Below, in pieces: positions 43,211 through 57,525 of a stretch of 64,000 nucleotides of DNA. Position numbers and translations under genes: made by a program. How positions within the stretch are numbered: the stretch's first letter is position 1; the number at the start of each line of letters is the position of its first letter. The notes beneath the pieces were generated by a model. The model saw only the letters and a program-made list of their open reading frames with translations, did no database searches and had not been told where the DNA came from. The DNA comes from Chrysomallon squamiferum (Eukaryota > Animalia > Mollusca), in assembly GCA_012295275.1 (NCBI GenBank), contig CM022673.1, positions 10,292,001 through 10,356,000 on the forward strand. The letters are read 5' to 3'.

Positions 43211-44788
43211 AGAATGACTATGAGCCCCAGGCCAATGTTTTCACTTCATCATCAACAGAATCTGCTGGCCAGACAGAAAGATGAAAAGAATTCTTCCTGT
43301 GAGGGTGTTTTTGTGAGGGAAGAAACCCGATACCTCTCACGCAAATGTAAATAAAATTAAAATCTTTCCTGTTACACAGAGTTACACATTGTACACACAT
43401 ATACCAGAGATGAAACGAAAGTTTCCGTTATAACGGTTACACACTGTATATCAGTTCAAAGCAGTGTGACACAGATCCAATGTCAATAGTCTCAGTGTAC
43501 AATAATGTTGATATGGCCCTGGGTGTGAGTATTCCAGATATATTTCATTCCGAGGGTGTGGCAGATTTTGCGATAATTTTCCAAAAAACACTGACATGCT
43601 TATACAGTTGACTTTCGCAGATGTGCACTTGTAAATAGAAAGAAAAACGAAAATTTCATTTTTTCATTTTTAAAAAACAAGAAAAATGACAGAAGAAGAA
43701 AAATTATTGTTAGTAATATTATTGTACTGTTTTGTACATATTTGTTTTATTTGTATGTGGATCTGTGGTTGGCTAAGAAAAAGAAATCAATAATATCAAA
43801 CATTGTTAATACTATTATAAATTATTTAGTTGCTTAAATCTTTAATTCACTTTTTATTTTTATTTTATTTTTTTTTTTTTTTTTTCTAATCATTTAATCA
43901 AGCTATTAAATTTTCTGTTGAAGCAAAATAAAGAATAAAAAAATAAAATCCACAAATAAATAAATAAATAAATAATATTAAATAAATAATGAAATTGTAA
44001 AAGAAAATTAACAAAGCCTCAAAAGGTCCAAGTCAGAAGACTTCATTTTTTTTTTTTTTTTTTTTTACTTTAAAGCACAAACCACATGTTGAGATGTGAT
44101 GTAACAGAAAGGTTTGAAAATCAGATACGTTTTTGTTCTAAAACAACAGATCTGTTTCACTGGTGACATTTGTTAGCTGTTTTGAAAAATTCTCACATAT
44201 GGCTCACAAAGAGTTTTGAAGAAAAAGTTTTAACCTTTTTTAAAATTCTTAAAAACAGATATTGATTTCAGTAACATTTTGTTGAAGGATAAAAGTATTC
44301 CAGAAGTGAAATTGTCAAAATTACTGGGATAAAGATTTTATACTCGCATTTAAGTTATGTATTAAGTAAGATTTTAAAATAAAAAGGAATAAGTACAGTG
44401 TTTGTGTATTGCAGAAATTAGTTTAAAAATAATAAACAAAATAAAAAATATTCAACTTAAAGTTCTGTAGACAAATATGCTAAAAATTGAGTTCAAGGCA
44501 GACATTTTTTTCAATTTTTTTCTTGGTTTTTTACTTTACAGAATCCCTCTCCCCACCCCCAAAATATCCCACAGAAAAAACAACCAAGTAAAAAAATAAT
44601 AAAAAATAATAAAAAAAAAAATCAGAACAAAACAGAAAACAACTAAACCTCCCTCCAAAACAAATTTTTTTTTTAAAAGATTTAAAAATTAAAATAAAAT
44701 AAATAACTCCACAAAAGTTCCCAAACGAGAAAAACTAGAAACTGCTGAAGTAATTCTGATTAATGTCTTCACTGTCTATTTTGGTAGG

Positions 44789-44828
<40 letters not shown>

Positions 44829-45029
44829 TGCGTGTGTTTGTCAAGTCAGAGCTCCTGGCCTGAAGACTTCAGATAACAAACTTTGATGTAAGACAACCAG
44901 CAGCTGTACAAACTGACCTCTGACCTCTGTGGTAATTAACACCACTTTATCTGACGGCCCACTGTTGACCTTGGAGATGACCCCAGACTTGTCTGTCTGC
45001 AGCTCTGCTCAAGAAGCTTGTCCAGAATG

Positions 45030-45365
45030 TACAAGTAATCTGTCCTTAATAGACAGGTAATTTGTCCGTAATACACAGGTTGTCTGTCAATTACAGACAG
45101 GTAATTTGTCCGTAATGCATTGGTTTGTTTGTCCTTAATAAACTAGTGCATCAGTATATGGGTATTTGTTGTCTTTAGTGAACAGCTATTGTCCATAATA
45201 CTCAGGTACATTGTCTACACTATATAAGTATGTTGTCCATAATATGCAAATAAATTATCAATTGTAAACAGGTAGACTGTCCTTACTATACAGGTAGAGT
45301 ACCCATAGTAATCAGGGTTATTGTTCATAATATTCAGGTGAATTGTCCATAATGCACAGGTTATA
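45030..45365. repeat. Degenerate 22-bp minisatellite (ACAGGTAATTTGTCCGTAAT-like)
   Basis: CAGGT at 45054, 45076, 45098, 45203, 45269, 45291, 45335 and 45357, mostly at multiples of 22. Confidence 0.8.
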
Positions 45366-46062
45366 AAGTGACTTGACACAACGGACTAAAATGGTAATGT
45401 GAAGAAATGTCCAGGGTTTTATAATTCATTCTGTCATCTCTGTCATATACATAGTTCATAGTTTATAGTTCTGTGTCCATAATACATATACATAGTTTAT
45501 TGTAGTGTGTCCATATTAGACTGGCATATTGTTTTCACTTATATAATATTACATAGGTATGTTTTTTTTTTTAAAGTTAAAACCATACTGCTTTCAGTTA
45601 TACCCATACTATATAGATATGTTTTTGTTTTTGAACAAGTATATAGGTTTATAATTCACAGAATATGCCCATATTGTTTTCAGTTATTCCCATAATGTAT
45701 AGATATTTGTTTAAATGTTTGTGTCTCTAATACAGAGGTATATGTGTCCACATTACAGAGGTATATTTGTCCGTAATAAAGAGAGGTATACTGTTTAGAA
45801 TTGTCAGTAATTTAGCATCATGTATTGTTTTGTTTTTCATAAATTTTAAAACCAAGAGATTTATGTTACAGGTTATGTTAAACTCTTCTTAATGAATCAT
45901 TTTGTTATACTGTTTAAACTTTTTTTCTTTTCTTTTTTTTAAATTTCTGCCTTCATGCTTTGGCAAACAGAACATGGATAATTTCTATTTTAATTTTTTC
46001 TGTTTTCTTTTATCTCTGTCTCTTTTTTTTTTTTTTTTTTTTTTTATTTCTTCTCCTTCATT

Positions 46063-46103
<41 letters not shown>

Positions 46104-48689
46104 TGACTTTGCCAAGTATTTTTCATAATGCTTTCAGCATTCATCATAGGTTAGACATTATTTGTTACATATTGCATATATTACAGTATTACATGCTAGG
46201 TTATCTAGTACACAGTATATATACCATATGTATTATATTTCATATTAGATCAAAAATACCGTGTAATAGGTTTGACTTTTAGAGAATAAACTAAGTTTTA
46301 AGCTAGATATTTTTAACAGAAGTAACAGTGGTGGTAGTACTAGTAGCAATGATGGTGGTGGTAGTAATAGTGGCTATGATTGTAGTAGTAGTAGTAACAG
46401 TTGTAGCAATAGTAATTATAGTAGAAATAGTTGTAGTAAGGTGTTTGATGGTAATAGTAGTAGTGGTGGTGGTGGTGGTGGTGGTGATGGTTGTTGTTGT
46501 TGAAGTAGTTATAGTAGGAGAAATGTAATAATCATCACAATTATCACTTTATTATTATTATTCATCAGTTTATCACTTTTGTCATTTATTTTATCATCAT
46601 CATCATCATAAACATGGTCACCCTCATCTCTGCTTCTTTTTCTTCTTATTACTATTATTATCATTGTCCTAATTAATTTATTAGTTTTATCATCAACATT
46701 GATTTATCATTATCATCAACTTCTGTCATCAATATTAATTTTTCATCATCATTATCATTATTATATTATTGTTATTCCTTTACATGATTATTATCTATCT
46801 TTCTTCTTCTTCTTCCTATTATTATTATCAGTTTATTAATTTTATCATCATCATTGTGTTGTTGTTTCTCATTATCATCATCTTTTTTTTTCTACTAGTT
46901 ATTATATCATTATCTCATTTATCTTTGTTAATACTGTTATTCTCATCATCTACTTTTTTCTTCTTTCTTTCTTCTTTCTTCTTTCTGTCTTCTTCTTCTT
47001 CTTCTTCATGTCATTAACATTTTCCTTATCAGCGTTAATTTATCATCATCATCTTTCTTCACTTTCTTCATCTTTTTTGTTATTATCATTACCATCATTA
47101 TGCTATTATTATCTAAAGAATCCTAAATAATGGTATGTTACTTCTGCAGTGAAATACATCAATAGTTTCATCTGTGCTGTATTTTAAACTTCAGTATCTC
47201 ACAGTAGCCCAATTTCTTTAATTTAAGATGCACAATGTCTGGGGCTATTATTATTTTCTTTTATTATTATTTCATAGCACGAAACATGAGCTGATTATTT
47301 ATCCAGATTCTGGCTGAAAAAGAAACTTCATGCCACAAAAGCGCTTGTGGTCGAATATCATTACATTTAAGTATCAGAAACACGTCTTACATATTCATAG
47401 ATTAGATATTTTATAAAAAAAAAAAAAATTTTTTTTTGATTTCTGTATTTTGTCTAGAATGATGACTGTACTGAAAAGTATTTTTGTATTTATTTTTATA
47501 GCATAAACTAACTTGCCAGACAATTTCAGGAATTTCCAAAAGCACTCCCCCTCTCCCCTTTTTGAAATGTTTTTTTTTTTTTTTCTTCTTTTTTTACTTT
47601 TTTTTCTTTAGAAAGATTTAAGATATATGTGAATTCTTGTTGTGTTAGAACAGATGGTATTTTTGTAGGTTAAATAAATATTTTTGTTTAAAATGAATAA
47701 GCCCTTGTCAGCATGGATATGTGTCATAATATATTTTCAAACTTACTTTTATCAGTGTTTTTGTGAAATACGGAAATATTTAGACAAATAATACAACAAA
47801 CAAATAAAATAAGCATGTAACATCGAGAAATAAGTATCAGGGTGTTGGTCTGTAACAGAAGGTTTCCCTTTTGAGGTGCTTTTTTTCAGTTTCCCGTTCC
47901 AATCTGAACTCTTCACTGGTTTTCAAAAGCTATCGTGTGTACTTTACTCTCCACTGGAAAGTACATATAAAAATTTTCTTTCTGTTTGCCAGCAGTTTTT
48001 TCTTTTCTAATACAGTCATCATGGAGTAATATTTTTGACAGACAACAAAAATGGTAAAATATCATTAATAATTTATTGCTGATACAAAGTACTGAAATAC
48101 ATCATAATTTATATGTACAAATAATATGCTGTAGTAAATGGATACATACAGAAAACAGAGAAATAAATAAAAGTTATTAAAAGCTAAAAGAATTTTAAAA
48201 TGATTGAATGAATTAATTTAATTTAATTTTATTTTATTTTATTTATTATCTAAATAAATAAATAAATATATTTAAATGAAATGAAATAATAAAATATAAT
48301 TTAAAAAAAAACAAACAAAACAAACATAAAAAATAAAATTAAATAAAATAACAAATAAAATAAAACAAAACAAACAATATAAATAAAAATAAAAGACATT
48401 CCACAGATTTTTTTTCCATTGCCATTTCTCATTTCTCCAATAAATCTGAAACGAGTCAAAGTCAATAATGTTTATTTGACAAGAACGTCCCAGGACATCT
48501 TGCAATAAAACATCCAGCTCTTTCACTGCTTCAAAAATATTTGTCTCAGCAGTCAAATCAATAACCTTTTCTGATGATAAATTTCTCCCCTGTTGACTGG
48601 AAAAATGGCTTCTTCAGTCAGTGACATTTTCCTTCCATCAGTCCAAAGAGGACCCTATTGACTGCAGTTTGCATAAAGAGTAAGAACAT

Positions 48690-49045
48690 ATTAATACTAC
48701 CATAATATTTCTGTTCAAAGTCTGTGAACTGGGAAAAACACTGTTAATGCAGACATAATGTTTTTATTCAGATTTTTCGAAAAGGACTGTTCAGTTTGGT
48801 TTGAGGAAAAAAAAAAAAGAAGAATTAACACTAGCATTATATTTCTGTTCAGTGTCTAAGAAATAGAGGGGAACAAAGGTTAATACAGACATAATGTTTT
48901 TATTCAGAATTTTAAAAGTCACCTTGTCAATTTTTGTTTGTGCGAAGAAGAAGAAATATTAAAACTAGAATAATATTTCTGTTCAGACTTTGTGAATTGG
49001 TAAAAAAACAACTTAAATTAACGAAGACATAATGCTTTAGTTTTA
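48690..49045. repeat. ~134-bp degenerate tandem repeat, ~3 copies
   Basis: ATATTTCTGTTCA at 48705, 48839 and 48973. AGACATAATG at 48751, 48887 and 49025. Confidence 0.8.
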
Positions 49046-50238
49046 TACATTTTTGAACATTTCAACTTCTGACAATCTAAGTGTTAGGAAAGAAAACTGC
49101 ATAAAGTTTATGTTACATTATTTAAAACTGGACTCACATGACTTAGACTTTGAGTAAAGAACAAGAATTGACGGTGACATAATACAGCCATTCTGTCACC
49201 CACAATCAGATCAACATCAAAGGAATCTGAGAGAGAGAAAAAAGATTAATAGTAAAGTAATATTTTTATTCTGTTACTTGAAATTTAAACCATTTGAGAA
49301 AAGTTTATAAAAAAAAAAAAAAAAAAAAAGAAAAAATTAATGTCGATACAATATTTTTTATTCTTTCATTCAAAACTGGACTCTACAGACTATAGTTTGT
49401 GTATAGGGAAAGAACAAGTTATACTAATACAATTTTTCAACTTCTGACATTGAAAACTGGACAAATATGACATGTGAACAGAGATAGACAAATGAAAGCT
49501 GACATATGGTGCTGGTAACAATTTGCTTTTTTATTCAGAGCCTGGAAGCTTTCAGTGCATTTAATTGATTTCTTTACCCAACTGTTGCATTATCTTACTC
49601 TTTCAAGAATAAAAGATATTACAGAAACTGTATCTGTTGCAGTACTGAATGACATCATAACGGTTTCTGCATTATTTCTTTTCCATCATCGTCATGCAAT
49701 TTTGATGGCAACATAAGGGTCTCTGCATTTTTTTTAAAGGATTTTCTGGACCAGTATCCATCTACATTATTTCCCAATCTAACCATAATACCCAATATGT
49801 AGTATTATATGGCAGCATAAGGACATGGCTTTGTGAAAGGATTTTGAGGATCAATGTTCCTTTGTGTTATTGTTCCTTTCAAACCATTCACTTTGTAGTT
49901 TAGTATTTTGAAGCTGTGATCAGTGTATTATATTGAATGGCAACATATGAGTCCTTTTTTTAAATAATTAATTCTAGCTACTATTTCTATGGTGTAATAT
50001 TTTGAAAAATTGAGTATCTGATCAATATATGCTAAAAAAAAAAAAAAAAAAGAAAGAAAGATAAGATTTAGGAGTTCTTAAATATGGTCAGTTTGAATTT
50101 GAATTTTTTTCCCAATCCAAACAGCATTTAGTATTTCATGATACAGCTTTGTTAATATTATTTCAAGTTTAGCCTTCTTTTTTAATAAATATATATATAT
50201 CATTATATGTTTAATACTTTTTTATATTTTTATTCCAG

Positions 50239-50359
50239 GCCTGTGCTCCAAGATATGTCTACTTCTCCAACACATACGACAAACGAGAGCCTGTGGGAAA
50301 ATGCTTTCTTTCAAAAGCATCCACGACTTCACCAGAGGAATTTGCACCTTGCAAAACAG
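50239..50359 (+). CDS. Integrin alpha coding exon 4 (121 nt)
   Basis: Acceptor ttattccag|GCC. Reads ACAPRYVYFSNTYDKREPVGKCFLSKASTTSPEEFAPCKT, with the ACAPRY, EPVGxC and APC motifs. Donor CAG|gtgaga, phase 1. Confidence 0.96.
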
Positions 50360-50543
50360 GTGAGATGCACCTATTCAGAGACACAAGTAGGGGGCATAAC
50401 TAGACATGAGTTAGGGGAGACAGTCGCATCAACAAGGATACATAACTAGTACCGAAAATACATTATTGAACATAACTTGACACGAGTTAGGGAGACATAA
50501 GGGGACATAACTAGTCACATTACTAAATTCATTTATTAAACAG

Positions 50544-50580
50544 TTTCGCATTCCAACCAGTGCTCCATAACTGGTGTGTC
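50544..50580 (+). mobile_element. Short fragment of the same SINE-like repeat
   Basis: TTTCGCATTCCAACCAGTGCTCCATAACTGGTGT shares the TTCCAACCA core with the copies at 34285 and 63712. Confidence 0.45.
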
Positions 50581-50749
50581 TATTAAAGTGGTAAATACTC
50601 TACTCATTTTTTATCATCTCAAAAATCATCTGTACACAACAATGTCACAATGTGTTTAGTACTGTTCAAGATTTTTTTTTATAACACATCATATGTTCCA
50701 TAGTGTTATCTTCAATTCTGTATGTCTTGTTCCATCCATAACAGTGATA

Positions 50750-51830
50750 ATATTATCCAAATTTCATACAGTTATCATTAGTTACATTTGCATAACAACT
50801 TGTTACATAACATGAACCAGATTTCATACCATCGCCATTAGTTACAGAATCATAATAACTAGTACCATACCATGAAACATATTCATACCCATAATAATTA
50901 GTTACATAGACATAAAAACTTGTTACATACCATGAACCATGTTACATATACATGAACCAGATTTCATACCCTTTATAATTTTATTTACATGAACATAATA
51001 ACTAGTTTCATGCCATAATTACTTGCACTGTATATAACTGATGGTTTCATTTTGGTTATTTTTACTGGTTTCAGACTGGTTACAGCATACCATAAAAGTG
51101 ATTTATATATACCATAAAACTTGGTCCATACCATATTAATAATTTATTATATAACTGGTCCATTAAGATGAGTTACAGTTCCATGCCATATAATGTTCTG
51201 TATTATTTCATACCAAAAATAAAATTCCACCATAACAATTAGTCAAATACTATAATATGGTATTAAGTAACTAATGAACGACCATATAATTGTTCCATAC
51301 CATAAAAATTAAATTCTGTACGGTACTTCAGTGCATTAAAGACTAATTAAATATCATAATAACTAGTGAAATATCACACTGTAAACATTATAACTAGTTA
51401 AATACAATATGTATTCAATACCATAAGTAGTTAAATATCATGTTATAATTCCATATCATAACACCTTTTTAAATACTGTATAGTACTTCAGTGCCACAAA
51501 TAATAATTAAATACCATATATTTGTTCCCTACCATAACATCTAATGCTTCAGTACCATGGAAACTAATTAAAAACAGTCCAATACCATAAATACTAATTA
51601 AAAATCATATAATTGTTCCACACCGAAATAACCAGTGAAATACCGCATTCTGTGTTGTAATAATTAGCTAAATACCGTCATCTGGTTCTGTATAATAACT
51701 AAATGCCATACAGATGGTTTCAGATGACGACAACTAAATATCATTAGTTCATTCTATACCACAACAACTGAAATGCCGTTAGTTCGTTCCATACTGCACC
51801 ATCTAAATACCGAAATATCTGGTCCTATGG
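50750..51830. repeat. Highly degenerate minisatellite (ATACCATAA..AACTAG/TTAGTTACAT motifs)
   Basis: Repeated TACCAT, CATGAACCAG and ATAACT motifs over ~1 kb after exon 4. Confidence 0.6.
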
Positions 51831-52149
51831 CTTACACAGTGGTGTGTTGTGCCAAAAATAACAGGTTCTTATCGTGACATATATTTGTGTAGATGTTTTT
51901 CTACTTTTTTTCATTAAGTAATCTGAAGAAGGCTGCTGCCTCCAAGTGTTGATTTTATATACAAGTGTAAGTGTTACAGTTTACGATACTCGCTGTGTTT
52001 ACAGAAGACAGGGGATGCTAATTTTATATATTTACAGTTTAAGTGAAAGTGTGTGTGTGTGTGTAAAGAGAGAGAGATATAGATGGAGAAAGAGAGAATC
52101 AGATAATTATAATGTTTTAAAGAGAAAAAGAAATATGAGATACTGTGAG

Positions 52150-52152
<3 letters not shown>

Positions 52153-52215
<63 letters not shown>
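52153..52215. repeat. (AG)n microsatellite
   Basis: Directly visible. Confidence 0.97.
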
Positions 52216-52217
<2 letters not shown>

Positions 52218-52594
52218 AACCATGAAGTTAGCTTTGTCTTTAAAAAGAAACAAAAGAAAAGCAAACTCAAGTTATGTCTTACTTTGTCTTCATTTTTTGA
52301 GGTGTATGGGAGATCTTGTGGAGTTATACTACATACAGTACAAGGATACAGTAACTCTAAACACACAGCAGATCTTATTTTAGTTTGTTGTTGTACCAGA
52401 AGGTTTGTGTTGTGTAAATAACAGATGGAATTCACTGCAGACTGAGAACTTTCACTGTGTTAAAACATGTAGAGAGATTTTTGTATGAACTGTTACCTTA
52501 ACTATTTTATTTTATTTTATTTTATTGTTTTATAATTTTGTTTTGTTTATTTACTTATTTATTTTATTTGATTTTTTTGATTTTTTTTTTATTT

Positions 52595-52660
<66 letters not shown>

Positions 52661-53336
52661 ATTTTTTTTCTTGCTAAATAAGTTTCAGACAGTCTGTCAG
52701 TTAAGCTAATTTGTGCATCATACGTCTTTTAATTTATTAATAAAAAGGAAAAATAATTTTTTATTTTTTATGAGTTATTTACCTCACTGACTTAATGATA
52801 CATTTAGTTTTTAGATGAAATCTGTCAGATATGGTTAGTGGTTTTTTTGTTCATACATGATGATATATCACCAAGTTTCTTATTTAAGAAAATAATAATA
52901 ATAAAACCTACAAAAAGACCCTCAGCACATTGGGATGTTTGTACATGGGTTACTGCATCACTGAACATTTTTAGTTTGTTTCTGACGTGGAATAAAAAAC
53001 AAAAAAAACCATGTAAAGCTGGATTCACATATAATAAATATCACTTTAGGCTTACTTTTAAAAACAAAGAAACAAAAAACAGCAGTGATATTTTTGTTTT
53101 CTTTATGTATGCACTTCCCAGAATAAGTTTGTCAGGTTTGATAAACTTCGGGGCCAATCCTATAACTTGTCTTAAGTGAAAAAACAACCCAGGAATATAC
53201 TTTCAGTTATTTTTGTATCGTTTATTACCTTGTAAAATTTCCAGATGTGTGTTTATTATTTATTATTATATTTATTATAATAATAATTAATTAAACACAC
53301 ATTTGGAAATTTTATGTATATAGATGTATGTATGTG

Positions 53337-53371
<35 letters not shown>

Positions 53372-55769
53372 GTACACATGCATACATACATAAATATACA
53401 CATTTTTTTTGATGACATATATATATGTATATATATATATATATATAGATATATTTATATATACATACATTTATACACCTGTACTTAAAATGCTTGTGAA
53501 GTGTAATAAGTTTTGTAGATAAATTGTATATCCTGTATCTGTAAGAAAAAGAAAATGTATATTTGTACAAGCTTTCATCTGACTCATCTCTGACAGCATG
53601 ATAAACTTGAAATCATTCAGCTATTTCTTTTAATTTTATAAATAAATAAAGTAAGAAAGAAATATATAAAAAATATATAAATAAATAAATATAAAAAAAT
53701 AAATAAATAACTATATAAATAAATGTAAAAAAATAATAATAATAATAATAAAAAGATAAATAAAAAACTGAATAAAAAATAAAAAAAAAAAATAAAAAAA
53801 TAAAATACAACATGGAATATTTTTGCCAAGGTTATTGCCCCATTGGAATTCTTCTCCTTTCCTTTTTTTTTTTTTTTTTTTTTTTTTGCCCAACAACAGA
53901 TGGGGCATGTTTTGTAGGAAGTAAATTTGGACTGGAATGTTCACCTAATGAATGCTGTCAAATCTGTGAAAAACAAAACTGATGATTCGTTTTCTTTTTA
54001 AACTGTAAATTTTATTATTAATATTTTATTTTTTTTTGTTCCTGTTACGTAATTAATTATACTGGGTTTTCACCAATGCATACTGAGTTGATGATAAAAA
54101 TGTTATCTTCTGGAAAAAGATAAAGATGAAGAGAGAAAGAGGGAGGGAGAAAAGTAAGAGTGAAGGGGAGTTGAGAGAAAGAAAGAATAATGAAAGACTG
54201 TCATGATGAGAGAACTAACGAGTGAGAGAGAGAGTAAACAAGAGAATTAGAGAAATATAGAGAGAAAGAAAGAAAGAAAGAAAAGGGCAGAAAGATTAAA
54301 GTGGCAAATGATACGAGAGAGAGAGAATCAGAGATATGAAAGAACAACAGACATATGTGAGAAAGAGTGATGATTTAATAATTTTTTGCTTATGTAAAAC
54401 ATGTTATTTTTTCGCTACACTTGACAAACTTTCTATTTAAGAACATCAGTTTCCTTGACATTTCAATTGTTTTAATTGATTATTGTTTGCTGTAGTAAAC
54501 ACATTTATCAGTGTAATGGTGTCAATGACATACGCAGTTTCTGATTGTTCAAGGCTGAAGTATATGTGTGGATATTTAATGTATGTTAATTATGAGATAA
54601 ATACACGTATAAGAATATGGAGTGCATAATATATACACAAATAAACATATGTACATTCATACAGGACATAAATACATATACACACATACATGCATACACA
54701 CAAACATTCAATAAACACAAGACGTTTATAGACCATATGTAAACACATTACACACACACACACATACACACAAACATTCACACACATTTATAGACCAGTA
54801 AACAATTACACACACATACATAAGCACTCTCCTGCACAGTCGTGAAATGATTTACCAATAACATCATTCATGACTGGACATTTTAAACAGATCTGTTCCT
54901 AAGGACCTGACAGATAAACAACGTGTTAAAAACTCCCCATTGATTACTTCAATTGTCTTGATAAATAAACAAAATAATGCAAAAACCTTCCAACCAACCA
55001 AGCCCACTGTTACCCCAAAGCTACAGGTATGCACATTTCCAAAGGCCTTGCAGTAATAGCTTTAAGAAGGTACTGACCAAGCATCTCAAAGTGTGTGTGT
55101 GTGTATGTTACTGAGGATCTGTGTGAGTAAGTGGATGAGGCATTTAGTCTCTGCTTAAGCATCTCAGGAAAGAATCTGTTACAGTTAATTCAGATTTCTG
55201 GCAGCACTAGACTGTCCTCCAGTCTCCCGTGTTAATCTCTGAATGAATTAATGATGGCCACACTTTAGCAAGAACCAGTTCTTTCTTGTGTCCTTTGGAG
55301 CCTGAGAAATTCTTGATTTCTGACTGCAGACTGGGCAAATTAACATGTGCTTGTTAATATCGTGCATACCCATCCCCTGAATTTTTTGAAATCCAGTATG
55401 GTTTTTTTTTTTTTCTTTATAATAATTACTTGTAGTGATTCTGTGTTTACTTCCAGGGTAATGGATTTTACTGAAATACTCTGTGTGCTTCCAAGTTTTA
55501 TTTTGCTAGAAAGAGTAAATTGTTTTGAAGCAGATGTGTTAATAAACATCTAATCTAGAAGCTGGGGTTTTATGTCCAAGCCAGACATTAAGTTAATCTG
55601 AACTGGCATCTTTAGAATCTCTTCTGCACAGGAAATGATTATACAAATTTATCCAAAGACAGTAAGAAGGTACTGTGTCCTAAATATATAGACATCAGCA
55701 AAATGCAAAACTTAACTTAATAGTTTGTTTTTTTTGACCTAACTGATATTTTCATTAATCCAAGTCATT

Positions 55770-56186
55770 ATAGAAAGTCAGTTTCTGAACTAGCTGTTAA
55801 AAAAACTTAGCAATTTATAAAGTGAGTAACTAAACCTGGTCATTATAAAATATCAGTTTCTGATTTTAGCCTTTACAGAAATCAATTTCTGAACCAAGCC
55901 ATTAAAGAAAGTTATTTTCTAAACCTAGCAATTATAGTAAATCATTTTCTGAACTTGGCCATTACAGTCAGTTGCTAAATTTAGCCATTTTCTGAACCAA
56001 ACCATTACAGAAAATCAGTTTCTGAACCAAGCCATTACAGAAAATCAGTTTCTGAACCAAGCCATTACAGAAAATCAGTTTCTGAACCAAGCCATTATAG
56101 AAAATCAATTTCTGAACCAAGCCATTACAGAAAATCTATTTCTGAACCAAGCCATTACAGAAAAATCAAATTTCTGAACTTAGCCA
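55770..56186. repeat. 30-bp minisatellite TCTGAACCAAGCCATTACAGAAAATCAGTT
   Basis: Near-perfect units at 55991, 56021, 56051, 56081, 56111 and 56141, with more diverged units upstream. Confidence 0.93.
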
Positions 56187-56544
56187 GCATAAAGAATTGA
56201 CCCAGAAGCTAGCATGCTTTAGCATGTTATCCCCAAACCTACACAGTATCAGTAAATAATCTTTTAACATATCCAGACCAAAGAAATGATCTTTAAATCT
56301 AATAGCCCTGATACTGAACGTTTGAGTATATATCATTATTGCAGCATGGAAAAGTTATTTATAAAACAAATTTAACAAATCAGCTTATTTGTTTTGTATT
56401 ACATTTGATGTAAAAAACAGATGTTAAACTACTGAGGTTACTTTTTGTTTATTTTTAATTAATCACAAGGTAAAAAACTGAGGTATGCTTCAGTGTATCA
56501 GGAAATTTCCAACAGTATCTGTTTTAAAACATGAGGAACTCGCA

Positions 56545-56649
<105 letters not shown>

Positions 56650-57330
56650 CACACACACAGACACCCATGTACACATACATCCATACATACGTGTATATCT
56701 GACAATTTCTCTTCTTTAGTTTTTCATTGATCATATTTCTGTCCCTTTTTTTATCCAAACCCAATTCTGACTATGGTTATCTTTAAGCAAATGTAATATC
56801 AAAAGCTTTCACTACAAAGTTATATAACTCCTTACTTAGTTATATAACTAAAATTTCTAAGCCTTCAAAACTGTTGATGTTCTGTGATAAATGTTCCTAA
56901 CTAGGAGTTCCATTTTTCAAATAAATAAAAAAAAAAAAAAATATTTAGAACTTTCACTACTAAATTATAAACCGTTACCCAATTACACAGGTAAGATCAC
57001 CATAATACCACCATAATACCACTGATGTTAGATGAGCACCAAGAACCATGTTTCTGAAATTAGAATAAAGCGTCTTTGGTCTCCCAGCCAGGAATGAGAG
57101 TGTGTTCTTCAGGAAACTGTTCATTTCTCTCTCTCTCTGCCTGGTGCCAAAATGCCAGAGACCATTACAAGCTAAATTTGCAATAAATAAGCTTTCCTAC
57201 GGCTATAACGACGAAATAATTTAAAACTGGTTATCTCTACCAGCAGGTTTCAGCTCTTGCTGTGTTCTTGTCGTCTGCTTGAAATAATTTAGTTTAAAAA
57301 GTCAAAAGTATGAACAATTAGTAACTGTGT

Positions 57331-57525
57331 TAGGAGTAGAATATGAATGAGCAATTAAAACACACGGAATGGGGTATGATAGACTGCAGGATCAATCCTT
57401 AATGTTGTACTTATTAGATTATATCCCTTTCCACCCTGTGGTTCTCAACTGCACATCAAAAGCATCAGTTTTTTTCTGATCATGGCAGGGTATATGTGAA
57501 ATGCCTCTTGCAGCTAACTGGTAAA
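57331..57525 (+). mobile_element. Decayed SINE-like copy
   Basis: B-box-like GGATCAATCC (57389), then TTTCCACCCTGTG..AACTG..ATCAAA and ATGGCAGGGTATATGTGAAATGCCTCTTGCAGCTAA, collinear with the 63681 copy. Confidence 0.5.

Noticed and set aside
50207-50449. 80-aa ORF overlapping exon 4
   Set aside because: It is in the wrong frame. The integrin motifs lie in the frame beginning at 50239.
44145-54897. Palindrome AACAGATCTGTT at 44145 and 54886
   Set aside because: Only two 12-bp copies with unrelated flanks, which is compatible with chance.
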